Assembly (NCBI GenBank): GCA_030264375.1
Contig: JASCQW010000119.1
Location: 8,220,817-8,284,816 of the forward strand
Direction: 5' to 3'
DNA length: 64,000 nucleotides
DNA from: Carcharhinus longimanus
Lineage: Eukaryota
Shown: one piece after another, positions 12,591 to 25,600 of the stretch
How the letters are laid out: the number at the start of each line of letters is the position of its first letter
How positions within the stretch are numbered: position 1 is the stretch's first letter
Notes under the pieces: model-generated
Told to the model about the DNA's origin: nothing
What the model saw: the letters and a program-made list of their open reading frames with translations, nothing else
The model's database searches: none
Position numbers and translations under genes: made by a program

Positions 12591-14225
12591 TAGTAAGGAG
12601 TCTCACAACACCAAATTCAAGTTCGACAGCGTTACCTGGTAGCACAAGCCGTCTGATCGCCGAAGGGAGAGCTGGGTTCTCAAATAAGACATATATAGTT
12701 ACAGAATCCTTTGCAAGACATTGTTTGGAATGCGAGTTTTAATATGTAATCAAGCATTTATAGGTGCACAGCATGGCAATGCGAGTGGGGAATGGGTTAA
12801 GCAAAGTTAAATAGGGTGGATTGCCTCAAACCATGAGCGTTTGTGATATTTTCAATGCTCAGGCAAATCGTAGGGGCTTGGTAGTGTGACATGAAGCCGA
12901 ATTCCAGGAGAAACCGTCCTCATGTGTGCAAAACATGCCTATCAGTTTCTGCTCGCCGATGATTCGTTGCCGTTTGTCTTGAAGGCCGCCTTGTAGAAGG
13001 CTTACCCGAAGATCAGACACTGATTGCCCTTGATTGCGGAAGTATTCCCTGCTATTGTACAATGCTGCGGGACATCCTTTCCTGCACCGTTTCAGGTAGA
13101 CAATGTTGGCAGGCTCGGAAGAGTATGTACCGTGTACCTGGCGAATATTGTTCTCAAGGGAGGTGATGGTATATTTTCCGTGATCCCGTACTGTTTGAAG
13201 ACACGGTGTTGTTTGAAGACAAGTAATGGGGAAGCGGGGATAGCCTTGGCGAGAAGCTTGTCTTCATCGATGACATGTTTAAGGCTCCAAAGAAGAGTGA
13301 GGCCATGCAGAATCTACGATTTTGGATGAATGGGCACCGCTCAATAATCACTGGCTGGAGCGTTGCCATGCTGCGGGCACACTTCAACAGTCAAGGACAC
13401 TCAGCTTCTGATCATAGAATCATGTTTTCTTACAGTGCAGAAAGATGTCCTTCGACCCTTTGATTCTGCACCGACCACAATCCCATCCAGACCCTACCCC
13501 CATATCCCTACCCATTTACCCACTACTCCTTCTAACCTATGCATCCCAGGGCACTAAGGGACATTTTTTGCATACCAATGAACGTAAACCACACATCTTT
13601 GGAATCTGGGAGGAACCCGGGGCACCCGGAGGAAACCCACGCAGATACGAGGAGACTGTGCAAACTCCACACAGACAGTAACCCGAACCGGGAATCGAAC
13701 CCAAGTCCGTGGAGCTGTGAAACATCACTGATAACCACTGGGCTACCGTGCCGCCCGATCTTCGGGTTTGTTTTTCTCAAACATGTTCTTCAAGACACAC
13801 GACTACAGAGAGTAGCCGAGCAGAAGCTTACAGGCAAGTTCCACACCCATGACGGTAGCCTCACCCGGGACCTCATGCTTATGTCACACTGTTGTAACCC
13901 CAACGATTTGCCTGGACTTGCAAAATCTTACTAACTGTCCCGGTTTGCGATAATTCACACCTCATTAAACTGTGCTTATACTCCCTCCACTTGTATTGTC
14001 TGCAGCCGTAAAGACTTGATAACCTGTTAAGATTCGCATTCCAAACATTACCTTGTAAATCTAGTGTGTGAATCTCTGCCCTGTTTGTGAACCCAATCCT
14101 CCACTCAGTTAATGAAGGGGCTGCGCTCCAAAATCTTGTGTAACAAAATAAATCTGTTGGACATTAATCTGGTTTGTGAGATTTCTTAATGTTCCTACCC
14201 CACTCCAACACTGGCATGCCCACAT
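12591..14225. mobile_element. PLE family B with GIY-YIG endonuclease remnants; minus arm 12591-13295 and plus arm 13296-14225
   Basis: Minus arm: LWSLKHVIDEDKLLAKAIPASPLLVFKQ, VHGTYSSEPANIVYLKRCRKGCPAALY, QGQSVSDLRVSLLQGGLQDKRQRIIGEQKLIGMFCTHEDG. Plus arm: EAMQNLRFWMNGHRS..HFNSQGHSASD|LRV..LQDTRLQRVAEQKLTGKFHTHDGSLTRD. Termini match those at 4082-4513. Confidence 0.88.
13414..13756 (-). mobile_element. HE1-like V-SINE inserted in the PLE GIY-YIG region
   Basis: Full head (gggcggcacggtagcccagtggtt...ggttcgattcccgg), V-domain and tail. Flanked by gatc/gatc; removing it restores the PLE peptide SASDLRV. Confidence 0.92.
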
Positions 14226-17200
14226 TTTTTTTCTTGCAGGGATAAAGCAGTTAAGAACAAGAATCCACAGACTGTGTAGTGGAGCCAAGTTCGTTCAAGC
14301 TATGCAAGAATAAGATAGATTCTATCCAGCATTAAGGCAGCGTGCATAGTTACTTTTGTAAGAGAGCAATTGTGTCTCCTTGAATTATCCAGACAAGATT
14401 GGCACGTGAATGGCTTCAGATGTGCTGTGGTTGTGATTATTCTGCTGTTCATGTATTTCTGTGATAAGTTGTTTGCGCTTTTCCAATATCTCCATAAACA
14501 GAGAGTTCGTTTTGTGCGAACAATCTTCTGACACGTATCCTGTTTATTCAATTATGTTGTTTGTCTCCGCTCTTGCATTCGATGTATCACAAACGAACCC
14601 GAGAACGACATTCATGCGACCGCCGATCCACTCAGTATCATCGGTATGAACACCGGGTAATTTCCACCCCTGTCCCAGTCTGATTTCCTCGAAGTTCGAT
14701 GGCCAATCTAAATACTTATCAACGCATCATCTATTTTACTTCTGCAATCTGCTCAATCCATAACAGTGCTCGCATTGGTGATGATCGTGCCAGGCAGATT
14801 GCGTTGAGAGAAATCCAATTGCAGAAATGGTGGACCAGAATGTATGAGAAAGGATGTAGTGACAGATGATTGTGTGGAATAAGGGAAGGCCGCTGCAAAG
14901 AAGTAGCAATGGGGAAAGCTGTTGAAGAGATGGTCAAAACATGGAAACAAATCAGAGCCCGAAAAGCTGGTGACAGAGAGCGGGGAGAGACACTGAATAG
15001 CGAGTGGAACAGGGATCGCAGGAAACATTATNNNNNNNNNNNNNNNNNNNNNNNNNNNNNNNNNNNNNNNNNNNNNNNNNNNNNNNNNNNNNNNNNNNNN
15101 NNNNNNNNNNNNNNNNNNNNNNNNNNNNNNNGATCCATTTCCGAAAAGAGAACAACATGGGATGTTGTGGTTCAACAGAGAACTAATATATTGCAGGGTT
15201 TATAACTGACATAGGCAAAATGGGCAGAATGTGCAAACGCTGCAGTATATATTTCACACAATAAACAAAATTCTGGCACTTTGTTTTTTTTTATTTGTGC
15301 GCCGTTGACTGGTTCATCATTTTTCAACCACCATAAGTGTCTCTTGAGCTGAACAGATTATTCGACCATTTCAAATGACATTTTAAGGTATGCACATTGC
15401 AGTCGATATTAATTTGGACACAAGCGCGGCCAGTTAAATACAACACTGTTCCTGACATATGAAACTTGAGTTGGTCCGATGTTTCTTTTCAGACTAACAA
15501 GAACTGCATCATGGCCATGATAAGGCTTTTAATTGCAGGCCTACTTTTACTTACTGACCTCAAATTTCCTATCTTCTGCAGAGAAATTCGAAACTGCCAA
15601 AAAAAACACATACCGTACTCGCCTGTCAGGGGTTATGCTTAGTACTGAATACATTTTGACACATTATATGAATCTACTTCCGCATGTGGCAATTGATTTC
15701 ATGCAGATGTGACAGTGTAAAATTCATGATACTGACACGACTCCAGATAATCTTTTTTTGGCTTAAAATGTCGGGTACGCACGTTGTGCTATTCTGCTTT
15801 TTAATCAATGTGTGTACCATGGTACAGTTGACAAATCCGGAAGTAATTCAAAGAATCCAATGTTGTAACTCACTCGAAGTATCAGCTTGCACCCGAGAGC
15901 TCTTTTTCGCCAGAGGGGTATCATTTCAGTATCCATTAATCTCTGTTTGCAATCCCTTTTATTGAAGCGATGCATTTGTACATTTAGACTGACACAGGGT
16001 ATTGTGCTTTTCATCTTAGCGTGATACTTACTCTTTAAATTCGCAGCAATAGAACTATTATCAAAAAAAATAAACACATGCTGTGTGTTCTATGCAATGA
16101 CAGTCACCAGTATTGTATTATCATTATTTCGTTTGCAGAGGGTAGGCTGGGACAATGTTTGAAAGGTGAATTTCTCTGAAATATTGATATAGTATTTTGT
16201 AGAGCACTGTTTTTTTTTGGATCAGATTAAATGCACAACTCGTTCAAGACAACGTTTTTTGATCAAAAATAAATTACACTTCAATTTTGCAACTTATATT
16301 CAGTTCCAACAATTTTAGTTATTGTCTGAAATTAAACACTGGTTTGTGAATGTGCTGAATGTAAGCGAGATAATCATGAAATAATTAGAAGTGTTGATAA
16401 GGATATTGTGATGGGGTGACTGCACTGTTCTGTCCTCATGATAATGGCGGCTCCAAAAAAAAGAACTAATAGGAGCTAATGGGAATGACCCACATGAAGT
16501 CCATCTGGATCACTAAAAGATTATTGAGCCTTTGCAAGTACTTGACAAAACGGGAATAACGTAAAGCAGTGAAAGGGAAATGTTAGAATGAAAAAAAAAA
16601 CAACTAAAATAAAACGCGAATTTCCATGAACATTTAAGAACTGCAATGTTTTGCAATGTGTCAGTTGGAATCAGTTTCTATCACATCTTAAAAAAATAGT
16701 TTATTTCGATTACTATTCTAAGAAAAGTGAAGTGACATTCCTTCAAAATCATTGGCGAGTGGCATTAGATTTCTGGGTGTAGTAGAGAATGAAGAGTGGC
16801 GTGCTGTCCGAATGCGTACCTTATTTTTGTACTGACGAATTCTGGAATGCTGGGTGGAAATCTGCACGTCCAAAGACCAATTTATTTTTGTGTTCTGAAT
16901 ATTCTCAGAAATGGACAATCAATGCAAAACTGATGGTACGTAGCTTTAGCTTTGCATGGGCATGATCATTTTGATTTATTTGACTAATTAAAGATTGTTA
17001 TGAATACATAAATAACGATAAGAACATATTGTTCGCAGTAGAAGTTGAGAGAAAGTATGACCAATTAATTCACGAACCAAGGCAAGGGCCGTGATGAAAA
17101 AGTAAGAGCAAAGGCACTTACAACATCCAAAGTGGCAAAAAGATTCATGGTCATTGTTCAAACTCCACACAACATCCATGCATCAAAACTAACCACATGA

Positions 17201-17439
17201 AAATTTGTTCTCTATCTTCCACCCAGCATAGATGGACGCATGTTGTATTTTGAAAATTGTTTCCCGAACATCTCAGTCATACCAATGCGATGTTTCGTCA
17301 TTTCAGGATCAAATCTTCAAGGCTCAGTAATTGCTTGAACGTGCTAGCTTTAGTTAATGATTTCAATACTGATGCAAATCAATTCTATACCTGTTTAATT
17401 GTCACATAGTCATTCAAAAATACCATCTATGCAATGATG

Positions 17440-17720
17440 TGTGGCACCGTGGCACAGTAGTTAGCAGTGCTGTCTCAGAGCACAAGGGTGCCAAATTCGA
17501 TTCCCAGCTTGGGTCACTGTCTGTATGGAGTTTGCACGGTTTCCCCGTGTCTGCGTGGGTTTCATCGACGTACTCCTGTTTCTTTCCACGTCATTATGAA
17601 AGGCGTGATGTTTGGGTGCACTGACCTGAACAGGAACCGAAATGTGGCGATTAGGGGAATTTCACAGTTCCTTAATTGCATTATTAATCTAAGCCTTATT
17701 TGTGACTAATCAATCACATT
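17440..17720 (+). mobile_element. V-SINE with an alternative (non-HE1) 3' tail
   Basis: tRNA-like head 'gtggcacagtagttagc...ttcgattccc' and V-domain, then tail 'gaacaggaaccgaaatgtggcgattaggggaatttcacag...ttgtgactaat', unlike the other SINE tails here. Confidence 0.75.
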
Positions 17721-18699
17721 TAACGCAGCTGTACATTAAAATACACCGTTATGGCGTAACGTAGCTTTATTGGTTTCGTATTAAATCACCTTGGAAATGA
17801 CTTGTTATATTTCTTTGTCTAATTGACTTCGTAAATGCGTTTTTGCTCTGAAAATAATTTTGTGTTGAGTCTATCATTACTTCGAGTATCATGACGTTTC
17901 CGTTTAATTTTCCTGAAAAATATGATTGCATTAGTTTAAAAAAAAGTGCGCATGTTCTTCTTTAGTTGTGATCAAGGACATGGACTGTCAAAGCCAAATC
18001 CCACGATTTGTCAATGCAAGTTATTAACCTCAACTTTTTATTTTGTGCGATTTCTTTTTTCCCCGAAGTTAGCACGTGGACAACTCAGCATTATTTTATG
18101 CCAATAATCTTCATCGGCTAACTCTGCTTTTATTTTTTTGTTTAACTTTATGTCTAGCATCAATAATTGTTGTCTCATTCAGAAACGTTTTAATAATCTT
18201 GAAAATTGTTCCTCACATGATATGTTCGAGAAGATTTGCGAATAAATGTGACTTTGCTGATGATTTGCTATCAATTACTTAAATCCGATATTTTAACTAT
18301 ATTATCAATAGAAAACTCATGTAAAATAATTCAACTTATTTTGCAATACACAGCTTTGCTCTAGTAAGCCTGAATTGTCCTCACCTTACTATTCTAGACG
18401 AACGATTACTTGAGGCAAAAGACGGTAGGGACCTGGATTCCCATAAATGTTTAACTCCTATATACTTCGATCTGTTTCTTGAAAATGCCATCATTTTTTT
18501 TCTTCCAATGGCAATTATACCTGAAAATATCACAATCGTTATTTTGAATGTTATCTTCACAATGATGTTGTGCTTTATGATAACTGTTTAAACTTTGGTG
18601 TGACTCACATCTCACGAATGCCTCAAACGTTCAGTTGAAAGCGATGAAAACGGCTTCTTTGAGGTTTCGAAAACTCAGCTCTAAATAGGTTATTGTCCT

Positions 18700-19513
18700 A
18701 AATGCACGATCTGATGAACTATATCTCAGGACAATGTGGGAGGCTCGGGAGGAAATTGCAAGTCCGCTACCTGAGATAGTTGAATCATCGATAGACACAT
18801 GCCAGGTGGAAGACGATTGGACAGTGACAAATGTTGTGTCTTTGTTTAAAAAATGGCTGCAGGGAAAACCCTTGGAACTACAGGCTAGTGAGTCTCACGT
18901 TAGTGATGGGTACATTGTTGGAAGGTATTTTGAGAGACGTGATCTACAGACATTTAGAGACGCAAGAACTGATTAGGAACAGTCAGCATGGCTTTGTGAG
19001 TGGAAAATAATGTCTCACAAATTTGATTGCGTTTTTTTGAAGGGGCAACCAAGAAGGCAAATGAGGGCAGTGCAGTTGATGCTGTCGGCATTGACTTTAA
19101 CGACGCCTTTGACAAGGTACCACATGATTGGTTGTTGCAAAAGGTTACATTTCACGGGATTCAGTTTGAGATATCTAAATGGAGGCAAAATTAGCTTTTT
19201 GCAGAAGTGGTTGTAGAGAGATGTTTTTTTCAAACCGGATGATCAAGGGTGTGCCTCAGCGATCAGTGTTGGGTCCACTGTTACTTGTCATTTATATTAA
19301 TGAATTGAATGGGAATATAGGAGGCATGTATAGTAAGGGATTGCAGATTACACTTAGATTGGTGGTTTCGTGGACTGCGAAGAAACTTATCTCCAGTTGC
19401 AACGGGATCTTGATCAATTGGCCAGTGAGGTAACGAATGGTAGATGGAGATAAATTAAGACTAATGTGAGGCGATGCATTTTGGTAGATTGAACTCGGGC
19501 AGGATTTACTCAG
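18700..19513 (+). mobile_element. Older CR1 RT fragment, left half (resumes at 21328)
   Basis: WEAREEIASPL..DDWTVTNVVSLFKK; GVPQRSVLGPLLLVIYINEL; breaks at 'gggcaggatttactcagtt'. Confidence 0.85.
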
Positions 19514-21327
19514 TTGTTAGCAGTTAAGTCCACGGTGGGCAAGTGGGAGGCTTTCAAGGGCAAACTGAAAAGGTTGCAGGAAAGAGTTGTGCCGGTAAAG
19601 AGGAAGGATAGGAAAGGCAGGATTAGAGAGCCGTGGATTACAGGGGATATTGAGGACTTGGTCAGGAAGAGAGAGGCATATCTTAGGTCTAAGCAACTGG
19701 GAACAGAGAGAGCACTGGAGGAATATAGAGAGTAGAAAGTCTGACAACAGCAGGTTTAAGTCCAACCAATTTATATGATAGTAAACTCACACGCTTTCTG
19801 GGTTGTCCCTTCGTCAGGTAAATGGAGAGTTCTGGCCTCCGACAGAGCAGATAAAGCACAGACAGTTTACAGATTACTGATTAGAATGTGAATCGTTACA
19901 CTTAACCTGCTGTTCAAGTCCTAAAGTGGCCGACAATGTGAGTGGAAGGAACACTGATCGCAGGTTAAAGAAATGTGCATTGTCTCCAGACAGTACAGTA
20001 AGTGATGTTTTGCAAACCCAGACAAGTCACGGGGGTTACAGATAGTGAGTTTACTATCAAATAAATCGGTTGGACTTAATCCTGGTGTTGTCAGACGTTT
20101 TACTGTGTTTACCCCAGTCCAACGCCGGCATATCGACATCTGGAATATGGAGAGAGCAGGAGGGAGCTCAAAAGGGGTGTTAGGAGGGTGAAAAGGGGGC
20201 ATGAAATTGCTTTGGCTGATAGGAATAAGGAAAGTCCAAAGACATTTTGCTCCTATATTAGGAACAAAAGAGTGGTTAGAGTGAAAATGGGTCATTTAGG
20301 GACAAAGGAGGGGAACTATGCATTGAGGCTGAGGGAAATGGGGGAGATCCTGAATGAATACTTTGCGTNNNNNNNNNNNNNNNNNNNNNNNNNNNNNNNN
20401 NNNNNNNNNNNNNNNNNNNNNNNNNNNNNNNNNNNNNNNNNNNNNNNNNNNNNNNNNNNNNNNNNNNNAAACTGGGGCTCTTTTCATGAGAAAGACGGAA
20501 ATTAAGGGGGGATCTGATAGAGGTGTATAAAATAATGAAGGGTATAGATAGAGTAAACAGATGCAGGTTTTTTCCAAGATTGAAGACATATATCACGAGG
20601 GGTCACGAGCTAAGGGTCAGGGGGGAGAAGTATAACTTGGATAGTAGAGGGAGTTTTTTTTTCACACAGAGTGTTGTGGGGATATGGAATTCACTACCAA
20701 GCAAGGTGGTGCAGTCAGGCACGCTGGACTTGTTTAAGGATTACTTAGATAGGCACATGAGTGAAACAGGGGTGGAAGGTTATCGGAGACGGTTTTAAAT
20801 AAAGGACAGAGCCTCGGGAAGTTACTGGAAATCTAATGCTGCATGTGTTGATGTTTTATCTCTTTTACTCCGCAGGTGTGTCAGTCCACATTGTTGTCAA
20901 ACGAGGGGCATGCACACGGTGGGTCGTGCGTGGGCTGCTCTTGGATGTTTCGAGAGTGGCCTAGTACTTCGCGTAGTTGTGTGTGCTTAAAACTGGACCA
21001 GCAGATGGGCATCACAACATCTCAGCGAATATCACTGCTAGCTGTGCAGATACATGGATTTGGGCCATTGTCTGTGGGAGTTTGCACATTCTCCCAGTGG
21101 TTGCTTGGTTTCCTCCGGTTGCTCCGCTTTCCTCCCACACCCCAAAGATGTGCTCTTAGGCTGATTGATGTAACAAATTGTCCCTAAATTATTATCCCCT
21201 GAATCTGGTTTCCAATGGGGGTACCATAAGTCAAGGGAGGTGTCGGAAAAATTCTTTGTTAAGATGGTGGCGTGGGCTCGTTGGGCTGAAGGGCCTGTTT
21301 CCCGAGCTGTGTTGTTCTTTGTTCTTT
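19514..21327 (+). mobile_element. Younger CR1 (gttcttt-tail subfamily) nested in the older CR1; contains a PLE, a gap and a long 3' UTR
   Basis: KWEAFKGKL...REPWITGDIEDLVRKREAY; HEIALADRNKESPKTFCSYIRNKR; MYKIMKGIDRVN...SVVGIWNSLP; tail (gttcttt)n at ~21312-21329. Confidence 0.85.
19733..20141. mobile_element. PLE family B short insertion with inverted termini and 13-bp TSD
   Basis: 19733-19790 is the reverse complement of ~20046-20105. TSD ggaatatagagag (19720-19732) / ggaatatggagag (20142-20154). The CR1 peptide resumes afterwards. Confidence 0.85.
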
Positions 21328-22050
21328 GTTATTGGAGCAGGGTTGGGGAAAAATACTGAACAAAAGATCCAGGGGTAGATGTCCATAAGTCCTTGAAAGT
21401 GGAGTCAAGGTTGGACAGAGTGGTGAACAAGACATTTGGCATGATTGTTTTCATCGGTCAGAACATTGAACACAGTAGTTGGAATGTCTTGTTGAAATTG
21501 TGCAAGACATTGGTAAGGCTACACTTGTAATAATGTGTGTAATTCTGGTCACCCTATTATAGGAAGTATATTATTAAACTAGGAAGAATGGAGAACAGAT
21601 TTAGTAGAATGCTACTTGGCCTTGATGGATTGAATTATAAAGAGAGGCTGCATCGTATGGGATTTTTTTTTTCCTCTGGAGCCTAGGAGGCTGAGGGGTG
21701 AACTTATGGAGGTCTATAAAGTTATGACGGGCATAGATCAGCTAAATGTCAACATCATTTTCCAAACTTTGGGGAGACTAAAACGAGAGGGCACAGGTTG
21801 AAGGCTATATGGAAGTGTCCAGGGAGGCATTTTCTCTTCACAAAAAGGGTGGTGAGTATCTGCAATGAGCTGCCAGAGGTAGTAATAGAGTCAGGTACAA
21901 TTTTGCCTTTTGCAAAGTATTTAGACAGTTGTATGGGTACAATGTTTATAGAGGGACATGATCCTAATACGGGCCATTGGGATTAATTTACAAGTTTAAA
22001 AAAAATACGGCGGCACAGGGAATTTGGTTCAAAGGGTCTTTATGACACTA
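21328..22050 (+). mobile_element. Older CR1, right half (RT C-terminus and 3' UTR)
   Basis: Continues the 19513 break (..ctcagtt|attggagcagggttgggga..); LVRLHL, RRLRGELMEVYKVM, RVVSICNELP. Confidence 0.85.
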
Positions 22051-22552
22051 TGCCTCTAATGTGATGAAAATGAAATAAATTATTTGCTCGCATATTCAGC
22101 AGCTTGGTCCAATGGAAAGCAAGGTTTCAGTGGGCAGCTACATTTGGCCTGGTAACATAAATAGAATTGAATATAAAAATATATCATTCAACAAACAAAC
22201 TCTGCAAAATTCTTCCTGAAATAATAGACTACATTAATTGTTTATTGCGACATAGCATATTGAAGTTCCAGAGCTCTTCAACAACAGATATTCAATGCAT
22301 TCCCCTCACAGTTCGCAATGATTGTTGCTCATCGCAGATTCAACCTGGTGAGGTGGAAAGTATTCTCCCTATGTTCACAATTATGGTCCGAGGCTAAAGC
22401 ATACAGTTTAGTTTCAGTGAATAATAATAATTCATTTTTGTCAGAGGCGCCCATTTGAATGAAGGTAGAATATACAGAGGGATATTGTTAGCGATTAGCT
22501 ATACCAATTAAACTAAGCCTACATTGCAGCAGAAAGTCACTCGTTATAACAT

Positions 22553-22624
22553 TAATGATGATGATGATGATGATGATAATAATAATAATAACAATAATAA
22601 TAATAATAATAGTAATAATAACAA
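22553..22624. repeat. Compound microsatellite (ATG)n(ATA)n
   Basis: atgatgatgatgatgatgatgataataataataataacaataataataataataatagtaataataaca. Confidence 0.95.
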
Positions 22625-25600
22625 TATCTTCACTATTACCTGCAGAAATTTCAAAGCTGAAAAAGCTTTTGAGCAATAAAGGTAAGGGAATTAGTTCTGA
22701 ATTATTATTTATGTTTTTCTGTCACATACTTCAGTCATATTCCTGCTTTTTACATCAACAACGTCCTGAAACACTTATTTTTGACACTTTGAAGCGTTAC
22801 AGTGTGTAAATCACACGGGCTGAAAAGTGAAAGGAAAACTTTGTTATTATGGTCTTGGAATTGCTGCAGATGTCATTCAGCAGAATTATGCATTTATTTT
22901 GCTCAAAAAGGGAGCGCAGGGTAAAGGGTAAAAGATGGTTTCAAGAGAGTCAAAAATTTAGAAATACTGATGCAGAAAACATCAAAATTTGTTCGATTCA
23001 ATCAGTGCATGCATAAAATCAGGAAGGGAAGCAGTGGATAAAAAAAGAGTGCACTTCAAAGTTGGAACTGCAAAAGGACAAGAACATTTGAAGTTCAGTA
23101 CATTGGATATTAATATTTCCCGTCCAATAATATTCTTCTTACCATGAGCGTTAATAACATCGAAAACGATGCAGTAATGTAATTATACCGTACTTACCAG
23201 TCTTGTCGAAATGCCAAAGAACTGTTTGAAATTGTTGATTTATTTACTCACAGACAGAAACCTTGTCATGTCAGTTTGAGAATATTCCGGGAAAATGCAT
23301 TGCACTCGACATTTTGTTTTAATTAATAATTTTAAATTGCACGCCCAAAAATCATTTTGTTCAATCTGCCAAACATAACACAATATAGTACAAACTTTAA
23401 GATAACGTTCGGTAAATATTTTCATTTTGTTTAAAATCAGTTTGCTGAAACAGGTGCCTGAACGCTGTAAGGAAAAACTATTCAGATTCTCCCATTAAAC
23501 ATTGAATGTATTTTCAGAATCTTATTGTGAACGTACATGCAGCGGTGAGTAACCAGGAAAAAAAAGGCCTTCACTTCAAAAATGTTGGCATATAATTTGA
23601 TATTCATAAATATGGATAGCAATTAGCATTGGGAGATGGTGGAGTTGGCAACAACACGCCCACAAACTCCACACGCCTGATTCCAAAAGCAGCCCTCTGT
23701 CCTACACCAGACATGGGATGAAAATAATTCATAATAATTTACATGTTTTTTTTCTGCTTCTGAGTTTATTGATTTTTTTTTTAATTCGTCTTTTTTTTTG
23801 TTTGTTTTTATTTATTTATTTTTCTGTTAATTGCTTGTTTGGTATGACACTTGTATCTCCGATATTCCAGAGCTCGATGAACTGCTTGAAGACACATGTA
23901 AGCAATTAGACACGTGAAGCAAACTTCTGAAGCTAATATTTTCTTAATATCGGGGAAGCTGTTTTCCTTCAATCCACGAGCAAATTACCTCCCACGTAAA
24001 TTAACAAATATCCAGTTGTCAAGGAAATGGAAGCCCTGATCTGCCTTTGTTACAGTTTTTTTTTTAGGAAATAATGCTTAATGCTAAGAGTAAAAGTGGA
24101 ACAGATGATATGCAATTTTTATTTTTTTTAAATTGCATTCGCGGCCTGAGGAAACCGAATCATCATGTGCAGTAGGTGTGGCAACATAGGAAACATGCAT
24201 TCTCTATTCATGTCGGAACTGGAGACCCGAGTTTAAGTCTGAAAAGTCGTCCAATTGATATGTCGTAACAAAAAAAAACATTATACGTCTATGTAGGCAG
24301 CGTTATGAATTCCGGCAGTCTAAAATAATCATTAAATTTAAGGGTAAAGATAATCACAACTTGACAACATACGTGGAACATAACAGCGAAATAAACGCAA
24401 TATCACCCTTGATGAATGCGCCAGAAAATGTGATGTTAAGATATATAGTTGAATAATCTTGGGCCTTAAGCAAGGGGAAGTTGGGACACATGCAAGTATT
24501 AAGCATTGCGTGTGTGTGTCTTGAGTGATATATGCATAGATTGTGTAAGGTTTACATTTTCTTTCTATAATAGATGTTGTGGAATGACTTCGCTTGACAT
24601 TACCGTGGAGTGGTTTCATTTTCACCGTCGATCACCTGCCCTTTTTTGTCATATTCAGTAATTTTACTGTAATAAGAGCATAAGCATGTCATAAATTGAA
24701 GTCCCTGGACCATTCGTTTAACTGAGGATAGATACACAGCAAAATAATCAGACGATATGTTCCGCATATGATGTTGATGAAGTACCTCACTGTCACATTG
24801 CCACATACCCCAGTAATCATGTGAAGTGACCTGGGGTGAAGAAATAATTTTTATTTTCCAAAATGCTGAAGGACATGGGTTAAATATTGCATGGCAAAGA
24901 ATAATTTACAAATCGTAAATTAAACATTTTTTCGGCAGCAGTAAAATTTAAATTAAGATTGCTAAAGCTGCAAATAGGTAAAATAATCAGTCACTGCTTA
25001 TCATCATTTTCTATATTAACAACGCAGTAACATGACGTTGATGCTATCACGACATAATGCACCATATGTGATTTCATTAATTACAGCCATGAAAATTAAT
25101 TGCATGTGCATACTACTATGGGCAGAGTGACATTGATCAGCATGAACATATACATTTGCATCGGGAATTTAAGATCGTGAGGGAACATACAGAGATACTG
25201 AGGTTTTTACCTCCTGCAATTGTTATTTGAATATACATCACGGAAGTAATTTGCAAAATTATCAAACACAGGTGTTTTCCAAGAATATGAAGTTATGTGC
25301 CAGACATTGCTATTGATAATTACAACATAAGACAACTGAAACAAACGGTTAAGTTAGTGTTTTACACTTATCTCGCACTGCAGATTTTTTAAAACAATTA
25401 TACAACCAACCGAAGGGACTACATTCCAGTTGAAAAATGAACGTTGACGGCCAGAAAGTTAATTTTGTGACGGGTTAATAAGGTATAGCTGGCATCTCTA
25501 CTTCAGGAAAGATTGGTTCTTTAGCAAACATGCAAACGCACAATTCAGCATCAGGCAGAGCGATGACAGATTCGGATGGCAAATTGAACATAGATTCCAG

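Noticed and set aside
14770-14870. Peptide GDDRARQIALREIQLQK resembling the CDKL kinase 'KKIALREI' helix
   Set aside because: No upstream VAIKKF or downstream HxNLV motif and no convincing splice sites; probably chance.
12410-20154. PLE target preference for CR1 (three of four copies lie in CR1 sequence)
   Set aside because: Small sample, CR1 is abundant, and the insertion sites are in different CR1 regions.
22488-22809. ORFs with poly-Met/poly-Ile runs
   Set aside because: Translation of the (ATG)n(ATA)n microsatellite.
23198-23221. 24-nt minus-strand microexon candidate with a strong donor (CTG|GTAAGTA)
   Set aside because: Poor polypyrimidine tract, unrecognised peptide and no other supporting exons.
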